NCBI GenBank assembly: GCA_034780895.1
Contig: JAUZTB010000076.1
Coordinates: forward strand, 38,274,867-38,338,605
Source of the DNA: Rhynchobatus australiae
Lineage: Eukaryota
Reading direction: 5' to 3'
Length of the DNA stretch: 63,739 bases
Both the position numbers and the translations under genes were made by a program. Below the pieces are notes generated by a model. It saw only the letters and a program-made list of their open reading frames with translations. It was not told the origin of the DNA and did not search any database. This document shows positions 23,595-36,060 of this stretch, one piece after another (the stretch's first letter is position 1; every line of letters starts with the position of its first letter).

Positions 23595-24699
23595 AAAGGT
23601 AGTCACAAAAATGTATTTAGGAATCCTGCGTGCCATCATTATCTTGATAGGATAGCTTGGGGGAAGACGAACTAGTGATAGGTGATGTGGTTGTTAATAA
23701 GGAAATGGGTGTGGTTGTTAAACACGAGAAGGATGAGTATATACTGTACGTATTTGGATACATATGTGCTCAACATGCGTAACTAAAAATGATCAAATTT
23801 AAATTCCTGCCTAGGACTCTGGCTACTGCTGTGTTCAAAATGTACATATGGAAATAGAAATAGGAGGGAATGATCAACTTTCCCTGCAATTCCAAATTAT
23901 TGCCCCTACTCTGATCACTGTACAGGTGTCTATCATGCCAGCTAACTTTCATAGTTTGCCTTCAATGTCCTCATTTTCACAATTCATTCCGATTGATATG
24001 CAGTTGATATGGAATGGCAAAAAAGGTATCCCAGGAATCTTTACATCCTAATTTCTCACCTTTGTGAAGCTGATATTCCTGCAAAACCTCTTCAGTATAA
24101 AACACCTAAAGTATATAATATAAATATACCATTGTATTAATGCAATATGGCACTTTTAAAATCTGCATGTGTAACCACTTTGACTGTGAACCATTGAGGA
24201 TAGTTGTTAGAATGTGGTACCAAATAAAGGGGAGGAGATGAAAGATAAAAAAAAATAAAAGCCCTCCTTTTTATAAAAAAGCTATTGGCTGAAATAAAGG
24301 GGATAGTGTCCAATAGCAATCAAATTAGATCCATTGGAACAATAGGATGGCACAGTTGTTAGACCTGCTGCCTGGGTGGGTGAGTAGTGACAGGGTCTGC
24401 TCCTTCCACTGCTTCTGCACAGCTTCTGTATACTCTCAATGCATAGATTTGAGCTTTGCAATACCACCCCAATATTTAAGGGCTGATAACTTCGCAAAGA
24501 CCTCTAAATATAAAAGATGCCATTTTATCTGATGTAGAAACATGTTTGCTGTCGGACAAACAGAAAGGAAAAATAAATGATACAAGGAAAGGGGGCTACA
24601 TGGCTAGAGCCTGAACTAGCAAGGGTCTGGCTTTGTGTGTGCTCCTTCTATTGGTGGACATAGGACACAGAGTGTAACAGAATGACTAGATTGGCAGGA

Positions 24700-25345
24700 A
24701 GTCAGAAAAGGAATTGAACACAGAATTGTGAGGTAATCCATTTGAGGATGTGCAATAAAGCAAGGAAAAACACATTAAGTAGGAGGATATTAGAGGGTCA
24801 AAGGGAACTAAAAACAGCAGCACTGCTCAAAAAGATGGTTAAAAGGGATATGGGGTGCTTTTTTTAAATTATCTGAGGTATAAAATATGATGGTGTACGA
24901 CANNNNNNNNNNNNNNNNNNNNNNNNNNNNNNNNNNNNNNNNNNNNNNNNNNNNNNNNNNNNNNNNNNNNNNNNNNNNNNNNNNNNNNNNNNNNNNNNNN
25001 NNNNNNNNNNNNNNNNNNNNNNNNNNNNNNNNNNNNNNNNNNNNNNNNNNNNNNNNNNNNNNNNNNNNNNNNNNNNNNNNNNNNNNNNNNNNNNNNNNNN
25101 NNNNNNNNAAAGGGCTACATGAATAGGAAGAACCTATTCCCTGGGATACATATTTAAAGTAATTGATAGCATTAGAGAGTAGGTGAGGAAAAGTCTTTTC
25201 ACCCACAGGGTCATAGGGATCTGGAATTGGCAGCAACCCTCATTCCATTCTTGGAGAGCCATGATCAAATGGTGGAAGGTGGGATTATGCTGAGTAACAT
25301 TTTCTTGACCATAAACATAATGGGTCAAATGGCCTCCTTCTGTGC
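24700..25345 (+). mobile_element. CR1 3' portion (gapped)
   Basis: TGTGAGGTAATCCATTT, CTTTTCACCCACAGGGTCATAGGGATCTGGAA and terminal ATGGGTCAAATGGCCTCCTTCTGTGCTGTAA. Confidence 0.7.
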
Positions 25346-26627
25346 TGTAAAATTTTTATGATTTTATTTGATGAACAAATCACACCCTTTGTATTATAGT
25401 GAGATCCTGAGGACTAGAGGCTGTTGAGCATGGGCACGTTTAATTATAATCTCTACCTAGGCATAACAGCTAATATAAGTGTTCGTTATAAACTTGTTTA
25501 GACTTAAATATATCATCATGTGTATGGTATATCAAGGTTAAATTGTATTGAAAAGCAGAGGATTGATCAGTACAAAGGCATTGCCACTAATAATTACCTT
25601 CTTGTTTATTTTAAGTGTTGCCTGGTCTAGACTGGAGGCTCCCCTATGTGTCTGTTTATCTCACGAGAAACATCAACATTTATTTCACCCCTTGGAGGTG
25701 GAGACATTGTGTACTGGCTCAGAGATGCTACTGTTGAGCAAGAACATAGAACCAGTGATGTCTCTAAACCACCTGAAAGGACTGTATCAAGACTGAATCT
25801 CAATATCTCCATTGCTCAATATCCTAAATTCTTCCTCCTGGAACAATATTACCTCAGATATCTCCTGACAACATTCTGTAGGTTTTTCTATGTGACGTGA
25901 CAAGTTTCAACCATTGAAAGGGTGATTGGAATTGCTGAAGTAGTAGTTAACTAGCAACCAGAGATTGAGAGTTCAAATCCTATTATATATTGTGAAATTC
26001 ACTGAAGTAGATAATTTGTGCTCCAAATTGCAAAATATCCAAAAGATATTGAAAATCTGCTAGATTACTAAATGCAGAAGGACAAATTGGTAGGACATGT
26101 ACTACTTGGTTGAGTCCTTATACTTTCAATAAATATTGCTATGGTTATTTGCAGAACAACTTTCTGAAACTTTCCCTTGTATATTTTTGATGACTTAACA
26201 GCCTCAGTTTTCAAATTAAGACCTACAATTTCATGGTGCTTCCTTGTTGTTAACAAATATACTGGAAAATGTGACTCTTAATCATCTCTGATATTTTGCA
26301 GTACTCTTTTATCCTCCAGAATGCTGGCCTAGGTTTCCATTCTCAAAANNNNNNNNNNNNNNNNNNNNNNNNNNNNNNNNNNNNNNNNNNNNNNNNNNNN
26401 NNNNNNNNNNNNNNNNNNNNNNNNNNNNNNNNNNNNNNNNNNNNNNNNNNNNNNNNNNNNNNNNNNNNNNNNNNNNNNNNNNNNNNNNNNNNNNNNNNNN
26501 NNNNNNNNNNNNNNNNNNNNNNNNNNNNNNNNNNNNNNNNNNNNNNNNNNNNNNNNNNNNNNNNNNNNNNNNNNNNNNNNNNNNNNNNNNNNNNNNNNNN
26601 NNNNNNNNNNNNNNNNNNNNNNNNNNN

Positions 26628-27200
26628 GGAGATCTGAAATAAAAACGGAATATGCTGGAAAAGCTTAGCAGTCCAGGCAGCATCTGTGGGTTGAGAAAAA
26701 GTCAACACTTCTGGTCTGTGACCCTTTGTCAAAACTGGGGATGGGAGAGATGCAAGTTAATTTTCAGTAGGAGAGAAGGCGGGGGAGGGATGTGTAGAAC
26801 AAAGGCAATGTTTGTGATAGGGTGAGTCGATGTGGCTTAATGGGGGCAGTTACTATCAAATTAAGCTTTTGGTCTGTTCAATCTGTTGTTAATGGTAATG
26901 GTAAGGTTGTGGGATCTGCCCAGTGGCCAGACTTATATGGGTAGGATAAGAAAAAATGAGCCAACCTGTTATAAAACAAGAAAAATGCTGGAAGATCTCA
27001 GATCTGGCAACATTTGTGGAAAGAGAAACAGTTAACATCCTACCCCCGCCCCCCATGTTTGCTGCTACCCAGACTGACTTGTTATTCTCTTTCTCAGACC
27101 TGATAAATGGTCCCACATCTGAAACATGAATAATTTCTCTTTCCACTGATGCTGCCTGACTTGCTGGCTATTTTCCAGCATTTTCTATTTTTATTCCTGA
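26628..27200. mobile_element. Penelope-type terminal-repeat pieces in direct and inverted orientation
   Basis: ATGCTGGAA..CAGGCAGCATCTGTG motif at about 26650 and about 26985, and its reverse complement GATGCTGCCTGACTTGCTG...TCCAGCATTTTC at about 27148-27185. Confidence 0.6.
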
Positions 27201-28584
27201 AAAATACAATTATCCATAATTGGAGTTAGGGCTCGAGACCCCTTCATGAATGGGCCAAGATTGGTTTTGCAAACCAAGGTTAAATTTTGCCAATAAGGGG
27301 TTCACCAATCAGAGACCCATTGCTGTATTCAAGGAAGAATACAAGTCTGAAAATTAGTAAAGCAACAGCTGTTCTTGTAAACTTTAATGCAAAGGCTAAA
27401 TGCAAAGTCAGAAATGCTGGGGGTACAGCAAATAGCTCATGTAGCATGCCAGGAATATAATAGCAAAATCATTTATCAAGTCTGGGCAAGCCCAATTGTG
27501 CCTCTAAGAAAACTTCAACAGGAAGTTTCAAAGTTCCTTTCTGAAACTGAAAACACTGAGATCTGTATTAAGAAAAATGGAGATAGTGTTGCATGTAGTT
27601 TAAAAAAAAATGCCAATTCTTCAATCCGGAACAAGGAAGAATATGACCATGAATTTCTCTTTAGTTCCCAGTTGCTGGATAGCATTCAGAAATAAAATGG
27701 CTTGCCAACAAAGTTGTTATTTTCGGCAAAACTAACCAACCAAAAGTAATGACGCAACCTTTGAACCCCTAATGAATACTAAACTGCATCTCTGCCTTCA
27801 CGATATCCCATAAGCTTTGAAAGGCAGTCACAAAGTGTATGTGATGAGGTTGCTGATTGTCTTTGAAATACAGAAAAAACGGGTTTCAAAGTCCCCCGAG
27901 CAAGCTCCTACTCAACATGTTTCAAAAGTTAGTGAAGCAGATTTAGAAGCTGATGATGAATACTAAAGAAGCCATTAGAACTTCTCAGAAAGCTTTATAT
28001 CTTGCCCATTCCCAAATGTAACAATTGAACCATCTCCCTAGACATTATTTTGTTCCTGAGTCTGAAGTTAACTCTCCAAGGCTGTCACCAAAGAAAAATG
28101 TATACCATGAAAAGGATACTTCAAAAATAATCATCTAGTGCTATTGTTAGTCTCATTGAGAATATCTCTGATTAGAACTGGAACAGAACCCTCAAAAACC
28201 TTGACTCTTAGATCTTTATTAGTGTTTTGTCAAGGCTTGCTGTTGAGAATTCCCAAATTTGTTTGTGGGAGAATGCAACAAATTAAGCTGTTGTAGTTGC
28301 TGAATTTGTTTAATTCATGTATTTTAGCAGTTAACCAAGTGCCAATATTTTGAATCTATCAAGGAGGGTGGGCCCAAGGAAATGATATATGCAGAACTTG
28401 TCCATTTGTAATTAAAGACCATGTGGCCACTTAATGAGAGTGTTTTTTTTTCTACTGCAGCTCTTTGACTGAGGTTGAAATGACCATGGTTCTGGAGTGG
28501 AAACAGTGGAGGTTGAACAGGTTCCCATTGATCCTGCACAGTAACATCACTCCAACAGGAAGCTTGTTGGAGATGAAGTGCAAC

Positions 28585-29030
28585 AATCAGAATTATTATC
28601 ACTGACATATGTCATGAGATGTGTTGTTTTGCAGCAGCAGTACAATTCAAGACAAAGGCATAAAAATTACTATAAGTTACAAAAACAAATAAATAGTGCA
28701 AAAGAGGAAGTAACGAGACAGTGTTTATGGACCATTCAGAAAATCTGATGGTGGAGGGGAAGAAGCTGTTCCAGAAATGTTGAGTCTAGGTCTTCAGGCT
28801 CCTGTGCCTCCTCCCCGACGGTAGTAACTTGAAGAGGGCATGTTGCGGGTGTGTCCTTGATGGAGCTGGGCTGAGTCCACAACCCTCTCCAGCCTCTTTT
28901 GATCCTGCATATTGCAGCCTCCATACCAGGCGGTGATGCAACCAATCAGAATGCTCTCCACTGTACATTTGTAGAAATTTGCAAGTCTTTGGTGACATAC
29001 CAAATCTCTTCAAACTCTTAATGAAGTAGA
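28585..29030 (-). mobile_element. Rex1/Babar-type LINE 3' end
   Basis: KRFGMSPKT / LANFYKCTVESILIGCITAWYGGCNMQDQKRLERVVDSAQ in frameshifted ORFs 28786..29013 and 28794..29003. Confidence 0.85.
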
Positions 29031-29269
29031 NNNNNNNNNNNNNNNNNNNNNNNNNNNNNNNNNNNNNNNNNNNNNNNNNNNNNNNNNNNNNNNNNNNNNN
29101 NNNNNNNNNNNNNNNNNNNNNNNNNNNNNNAGGAAAGAAGCAAAGTTAATGTTTCTGATCAATGACCTTTCATCAGAACACAACTTTTTCTAATATGGTC
29201 ATTCCTGGAAGTCAAAATGCAGTAGACTTCTTTACTCCCAATCCCAACAGTGCCAACAAACCTACCAAC

Positions 29270-30350
29270 AAGGATGGTGCTGTTGAGGTCTGGTGAACTG
29301 GCTTGTGTCTTGCAGAGGCCAAACATCATCTCTCAAACACCTCCTAATCCTCCCTTTGAGCAATGACCCTACCACTGAACATCAGGCCATTGTCTTCCAG
29401 AGAGTGATGGACCACATATCCTTGAGAGATCTTCCCTCTACAGCCTCCAATCTTAGTCACCCAAACCTGCCAACCTATTTCTACCTCTTCTCTAAGATCA
29501 ACAAGCAGGACTGCCCTGGTAGACCCATTGTCTCAGCCTGTTTTGTCTGACAGAATTTACTTCTTCCTGTCTGACACCACACTTTTCTGCCATGTCCAAT
29601 CCCTTCACAGTTATATCCAGAACACCTCTAATCCCCAAATGCCACTTTTGATAGTTTCCAGTTTCTTGGCCCCAACAGGCTAATTCTTACTGTGCATGTC
29701 CACTCTCTCTATAAGCCTCTGTCCACACCAGGATGGCCTGAGGACCCTTCACTTTCTTGAACAGAAGCCCAACCACTTCCCCTCCTCCAACATGCTCCTT
29801 CACCTGGTTGAACTTGCATTGAACAACTTTTTCTTTAACTCCACCCACTTCCTCCAAATCAAATGTGCAGCTTTGGGAACTCACATGAGTTCAGGTTATA
29901 GCTACTCCACTTCTCACACTTCTGCCCTCACCTCCTAGAGTAAGGATTGGGGTCCTCTTGTCCTCACCTGCCACCACCATACCAGCCTCCACACTGATCA
30001 CCCACAGTAATTTCCATCACAGCTCCAACTAGATGCATCTTCCCCTTATTTCTGCTTTGCAAACCAAGGGGACCCTTCACTCCATGACTTCCTGGTTCTC
30101 CCTTCCCATGCAACTGCAAGGAGATGCAATACATATCTTTTTACCTTCTCCCTTTGTATAATTCAGGTACCCAAACACTCCTTCATAGCAATTCACTTGC
30201 ACTTCTTTCTAAATTGAAAGTGCATTACTTTTAGTGCTAACAATTTGATTTCCTCCACAATAGAAAAAGCAAATGCAGATTGGGTGGCTGGTTTGCAGAA
30301 TATCTCTGTTCAGTGTGCAAAGTTGACATTGAGCTTAGTTACCTGTCACT
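29270..30350 (+). mobile_element. Penelope-like element RT and GIY-YIG remnants
   Basis: DPTTEHQAIV...DLPSTASNL...FYLFSKINKQDCPGRPIVSAC; HQDGLRTLHFLEQKPNHFPSSNMLLHLVELALNNFFFNSTHFLQIK. Confidence 0.8.
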
Positions 30351-31699
30351 CTTTAGATAACCAGCCTTTCCTATTTGTGTCAGCACTGCATGGTTTGGAT
30401 GCAAGGATACCCAAGTAGAACTTTAGTTTTTCTTCTCTCTAGAAATGCTAGCTGACTTGCCGAGTATTTCCAGCATTCTCATTTACTTCTGATTTTCAGC
30501 AACTAATGTGTTCTGTTTCTCATTGTTCCAGCATTGTTTGTTTTGTCTCTCCTGCTCACATTCATCTCCCTTTGTTTACATTTCCTGGAGATAGATCAGC
30601 TATGATTAACAAGTTTTCACCAGCCTCTCCTAGATGACACCAACAGATTATTTCTCTATCCAGTCACAGACATCCCCTTTTTTCTACCCCCTTCTCTGCA
30701 AATTAAAACATGTGTTTTGTGATTTTTCCAGCCCCAAGGAAATGTCATTGACCTGAATGATGTGCTGAATATGTCTACTATTTTCTATTTTTATTACTCA
30801 TTTACTATTGTCCATTTTCCTGTTTCCCACAGCCAAATTTATTCCCTAACACACAAGTGCAGATGGATCAAATTGGCTGTTTTTGCATGCATGATCTTCT
30901 TCAAGCACTTGTCAAGTGAACAATACTACTTTAGTATTCATATTAGGTTCTTCCCTCAGGATCAAGTCATAGAAGGCCATGAACCAAGTGCTGGTAAATG
31001 GGCAGCCATTATAAATGGGTGCTTGACGGTCAGCATGGGGGACAAATGGGCCTGTTTCGATACTGCAGCATTCTATGTGGTTCGATGATTTGCTTCCATT
31101 CCAGTTTTGAAGAGTGGAAGCTACCTGCGTGTTTTACTTTATAAACTTTAGGTGATGGTTGTACATCAGCTACCACGCATCCTTGACAGTGCAGGGGCTT
31201 GGTCCAACGGCAAAGAGGTTCAACACGATTCGAAACCAGGTTCTGCTGCACATTTAGCATACTAACACACTTTGACCACACACACACGGGCGCACAATCT
31301 TGTCTCTTTCCTCTTCCTCACTCTCTTGCATCCCTACCTCGATATCCTCCTCCTTCCCTCAATACCACTCAGCTTTCTCCCTTTCTGATTTCCCCTGTTT
31401 TCTCTCTCTTCCAGCCCTATCGCCCCGCACCTCACCCAATGGCCAACTGGAGACTACTCTCTCTCCAACACTGATAACGCCCCACCATGCCCGAAACCCT
31501 CGGCCGAACACAGATCCCTCCCCCCCAACCCCACACCAACGGGATGGAGGGACACAGCAGCTCAGCAAGCCTTACCCTCACCGCCCAGGAATTGCCCTGT
31601 TCTCCCGCTGAACTTCCAGAAAGCAAAGCTTGGGCTCACCTAATTACGACTCGTTTTTATCTTATCTTCCAAAATTTAGCGCCGCTTAACCTAGATTAA

Positions 31700-32170
31700 T
31701 CGACAATAAAAAGGTAATTTACGCAATCCTTCCCCGGCCACAACCTCCTCCGTTTGTGGCCTTACGCACGGCGCGTCGCTCAGCGCGGCATGACGTGAGC
31801 ACGCCGTGGAACGGGGGGGAGGGGGGCACGTAGCGGCGGAGCGGAGGGTGAAGACATGTTGGATGCTCGTCAACGTCATGTTGTGGTTAAGTCGAGCCAG
31901 GAAAGAAGCGGGGCGGCTGGAGATGCTGCTGCTCGTGTGGGCGAGCGATCCGGGGCCGGGGAGATGTCGGAGATGACTGTCTTCCTGAGGCTCTGCGCAG
32001 CCGCTTTTTACGGAATAAGCTCGTTTTTTATTGTCGTCGTAAACAAGAGCGTCTTGACCAGCCACAGGTGACCAGCGAGTGGCGGCGGGGCGTGAACCCC
32101 GGGGCTCCCGTTACTAGTCTTTGCAGAGCAGTGGCTCGGCTGGGAGTGCAGACAGCGCGGAGTGCTCGAA
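31700..32170 (+). promoter_or_regulatory. CpG-island promoter and first exon region of SLC35D1
   Basis: The only dense CpG/GC-rich stretch in the window. Contains TTACGCAAT (31719-31727), TGACGTGA (31791-31798), GCACGTA (31826-31832) and G-runs just upstream of ATG 31856. Confidence 0.8.
31856..32067 (+). CDS. SLC35D1: SLC35D1 UDP-GlcA/UDP-GalNAc transporter, coding exon 1
   Basis: MLDARQRHVVVK...TVFLRLCAAAFYGISSFFIVVVNKSVLTSHR versus human MAEVHRRQHARVK...TVFLKLLAAGFYGVSSFLIVVVNKSVLTNYR; donor AG|GTGACC, phase 2. Confidence 0.95.
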
Positions 32171-32914
32171 ACAAAAATTGCATCTGACTTAATCATCGTG
32201 CTCTCTGCACTAATTCCTATTACAGATATTTCGCTGACTCCGCCTGATTTGAATGTTAATTCGTGTTGGCGTGGGTCTATTTTAAACACTTATTTTCTAG
32301 AGAATCTTTTTTCGATAACATTTTGTTTTATAAACTGGAATTTTGCAAAACTGTACCATTCGATTGTTTTAAATCAATTTTATAAATCCTGTAGGAAGTG
32401 AGCTGCTTTCATTTCCTCAGAAGCAATCTTCGGTTTCAGAGTTTTATTGCGAGGGAATGCTGATCTTTCTGATGCCGAAGTTATTTCTAATTTTTGCATA
32501 CGTTTTTAAATTTCTGTTAGAAATGCAGGTTTGCTTTGCGTTAGTCACTCGTTAAAATTTGACCCCTTTGTATTCGACCACTGTTAAAAAGGTGACTTTT
32601 CTCTTTCAAGATGACTGTTAGCGGTCTGAACTAAAATAATTAGGTTGGTTTTGCTTCCGTTGTGTGGTTTGTTNNNNNNNNNNNNNNNNNNNNNNNNNNN
32701 NNNNNNNNNNNNNNNNNNNNNNNNNNNNNNNNNNNNNNNNNNNNNNNNNNNNNNNNNNNNNNNNNNNNNNNNNTAATTTCGGGAAAGAGGAAATAGTAAA
32801 CTTTGGTAGCATTTTGTTTCTCTCTCTCTCACTTTCCACTCCTGACTTGTAAACCTTGCAAATGCGTTGGAGATTGAAGTTTAACCATTTTCATCTTTTT
32901 AATTCCACTTATAG

Positions 32915-32948
32915 ATTCCCTTCCATAATATTCGTGGGCCTTGGTCAG
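32915..32948 (+). CDS. SLC35D1: SLC35D1 exon 2 (34 nt)
   Basis: TTATAG| FPSIIFVGLGQ |GTACGT; human FPSSLCVGLGQ. Confidence 0.93.
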
Positions 32949-33066
32949 GTACGTTACTTTCACACTTCGATTCTCGTGTCAATGTTTTATTGTAAGTTTT
33001 CATTCTGGGTAAACGCATGAACAGCAGCATGTGGCCTACTTTCTGAAAACTTTCTTTCATTTGCAG

Positions 33067-33153
33067 ATGTTGGCAACAGTGACCCTGCTGTGGGTGGGTA
33101 AGGCTTGCAAAGTGGTAAAGTTTCCTGACTTCGACTATAGTATGCCTCGAAAG
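33067..33153 (+). CDS. SLC35D1: SLC35D1 exon 3 (87 nt)
   Basis: TTGCAG| MLATVTLLWVGKACKVVKFPDFDYSMPRK |GTAAGT. Confidence 0.95.
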
Positions 33154-35837
33154 GTAAGTCTTGAATATTTTTGAATGTATTTACATTATGTAGAGCAGAA
33201 ATAGTAATTTATATGGTTTGGATATTGCTTTTGAACAGTTTACATTTTGTATGAAAAACAATATTACAGAATAGGTTTAACAAAAACTTGCTTACTTTTT
33301 AGTCCTTGTTCATCATTATGACAAGTTAAAGGTTTTCCACTTTATGGATTTTTAGAAGATGCTTTAATTTGAATTCAGTCTTGTAAATAGTCAAAGTTTG
33401 CAGGAAAGCTATCAATAGTGTTTTGTAATTAGTTTTCTGATTTTCGTTTTGTAACAGACTTGAGTTATTTGGCTAGTGCTTTTACTAGGGAATTAGAATA
33501 ATGACCATTTTGCTGCTGTTTTTATATTTAAAAAAAAAAGTAAATCCAGGCAACTGGTTAACAAATGTGCAAGGTCAAATTTTTCAATAGTTTTTGAGAT
33601 GGGTGAAAGGGGTCTCATGACCACTCTGCATTTCACTTCATCAAATCTGGAGTGTCCTACCATACTACTTGATTAGTTTAACCTTCGTACTTCTGTAAAA
33701 TGTGATTATTGTCAAACAGTTTTTTTTGGAAAAACGTACCTTTTTCATGTAAATAGGGAATATAAAGGCTTCATAGTTCTGAATGCATTTGTGTCAAAAT
33801 GTGTTGGTATCCACTTGTCGTAACTTGCATAGCACTGATTTGTTAGAGTGCTCTTAGTCCTAGAGTCTGAACATTCACAGATATTTTCCTTAATAAAAAC
33901 ATCTGCCTGAGCTGCATGCTGCTATGCCAGGAGCTTGACACTCCAAGCCATTGAAACAAAGATCTCATCACTACACAGCTCAATGTGAAGTGAACCACTG
34001 GTGCTGAGCAGACTCAGCTAAGCAGTGCTGTCAGTCAGTACTGAGATCTGGGCTTAAGAGGACATCATGGCTGGTACAATGTGTATAGACCTTTGGGCAA
34101 TGGCGGCACCCACTCCATGTTGACAGACTGTCCAGGTGCCATTCTCTTTCATTGGCAGGAGAGCCAGTGGAGGGCTAAGCCCTCTGGCAGTTTCCCAGCA
34201 GAGCAGCAAGGGTTTGCAGTGCTGTTGGTAACGCATGCAATAGTCACTCCTCTTAAACTGATTCTACTGGTGTTCTTGACCTGGGAAACACATTTGGAGT
34301 GAAGAGCAAGGTTCTGGTTTATTATTAAACCACAAAATCCAAAATATCTTTGATTTGTGAACTGAGGGTAGGGGTGGGGCCGTGAGGTTACAAATGACCT
34401 GAGATCCACATGATAGAAATGGGGGTGGAGGGGGAAGAAGGGGAGAATCATTTTGAGTCTCTGCACAAGAACAAATAAGTCAATACAATCCTCTATTATC
34501 CCTACCAGGAGCTATAAAGGTTACTTTATAATTGTACATTCACTGAGTGTGGTGATTACTTTCAAACCCAATATTTATTATCCATCCCTAATTTCCTCCT
34601 CAACCATTTTGGTGTGCCTGGCCAGGTAAGGATTGTATATTTCCTTCCCTGAAGGACTTGTCATCAGCATTCATTCCTGTATCTGCATGTACTTCTAGAC
34701 AGCATGAATTTTTAACAAAATCATTTTTATTGGCAAGAAAAGGAATTTATAACCTTGAAATGATTCTTACTCCAGATCTTGAAATAAGAACTTGGATCCG
34801 TTGGTGTTAGATTGCTGGCTAAATATTTAGGTAAATGTATAGGTTCCTGCAATTTGCTGAAAATGCTTCTCTGCCAGGGTTCTGTATTTACCTGATTTTC
34901 ATATCCAAAAGACCAAATCAGCTGGATCGTAGAGTATAAGACTGGCACAGTGACAACCTGTATGATGTTGGGGCCTTATGCTTTGTAGTCTGGTCATCTG
35001 GATGAAACAGAACCCTATTTCACAGTTGGGAATTTGCCATATCAAGTTTTCAAATGCTTTTCTATGTCTCTGATATTCAGAAGCTATTAAAAAAAAACAC
35101 AAATTAAAAATGTTAAATCACCCAAAAAATTTTTAACAACTGTTGCATACACACACTTTTGTAAAAGCAAAAGCATCTTATTCTTTCTTCTTTGCAGCTA
35201 AAATCTTCATTCAAATAAGTGAGTTCATGATTCTAGATACCTCGGGGGTCTGCAGTCAGACATACTGTGGAATTTAGCAAGTTTGTGCTATGCCGTTGGA
35301 GAACACCCAGATTCTAGTAGCAAAGAGCAGCTAGAACATTAATGGAGTTGCTTGGTTTTAGCAAGTTCTGCATTTGTGCAGAAGTGTTAAACTTTTGAAA
35401 CTTGTTGGTAATTCACCATGAGCCCAAAATTACTTCATATTGTCTCCATTGCATCATTTGAAAATCATTATTTCTAAGTGTCCTAAGTTGCTGTACCTGG
35501 AAAGTACAATGCTTACAAACTATGTTCAAATCTACCGAAGGGAAAAGAATGGAAGAAAAGCAGTATTGCTATTTAGAGATGCACTATTTCAAGTGATTAA
35601 CCAGGAATATAACATTTTAGCAGGCAGAACATTTCTCAGTATCTTCTCATTTTCTAAAGTGGTGAGAAAATTATATTGTTGGAGTATGTGCATGAACTAT
35701 GTTAGTGTACATTACCTTTTATATTGCAACTCTTGCATGCATTTGCGATTTATAATGATTTGAGTGTATTTGCATCTTTTAAAATGATTAATACAATGCA
35801 TTTATTTAATGTTAAATTTAAGTTACTTTCTTTGTAG

Positions 35838-35905
35838 GTGTTTCCACTACCTCTCTTGTACCTGGGGAACCAACTGACAGGACTTCTTGGCACTAAGAAA
35901 CTGAA
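35838..35905 (+). CDS. SLC35D1: SLC35D1 exon 4 (68 nt)
   Basis: TTGTAG| VFPLPLLYLGNQLTGLLGTKKL(N) |GTATAT. Confidence 0.95.
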
Positions 35906-35988
35906 GTATATTTGAATCTATTCTTTTGGAAGAATTGCTTTTGTTTTTAAAAATGACTTTTTTTCTAAATTTAACTTCCTTTTTCCAG

Positions 35989-36060
35989 TCTCCCAATGTT
36001 TACAGTCCTTAGGAGGTTTTCTATTCTGTTTACAATGATAGCGGAAGGTTTACTGCTCAA
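35989..36060 (+). CDS. SLC35D1: SLC35D1 exon 5 (72 nt)
   Basis: TTCCAG| LPMFTVLRRFSILFTMIAEGLLL |GTAAGT. Confidence 0.96.

Noticed and set aside
24808-26732. Long ORFs spanning N-runs (also near 48095-48427 and 55289-55700)
   Set aside because: Their length is an artefact of translating gaps.
28324-28608. Minus ORF with signal-peptide-like start MSVIIILIVALHLQQASC as IL23R leader
   Set aside because: The ATG and first codons come from the Rex/Babar 3' tail, and there is no suitable donor after the leader.
31691-32065. 124-aa minus ORF over the CpG island
   Set aside because: GC-rich antisense shadow of SLC35D1 exon 1 with no homology.
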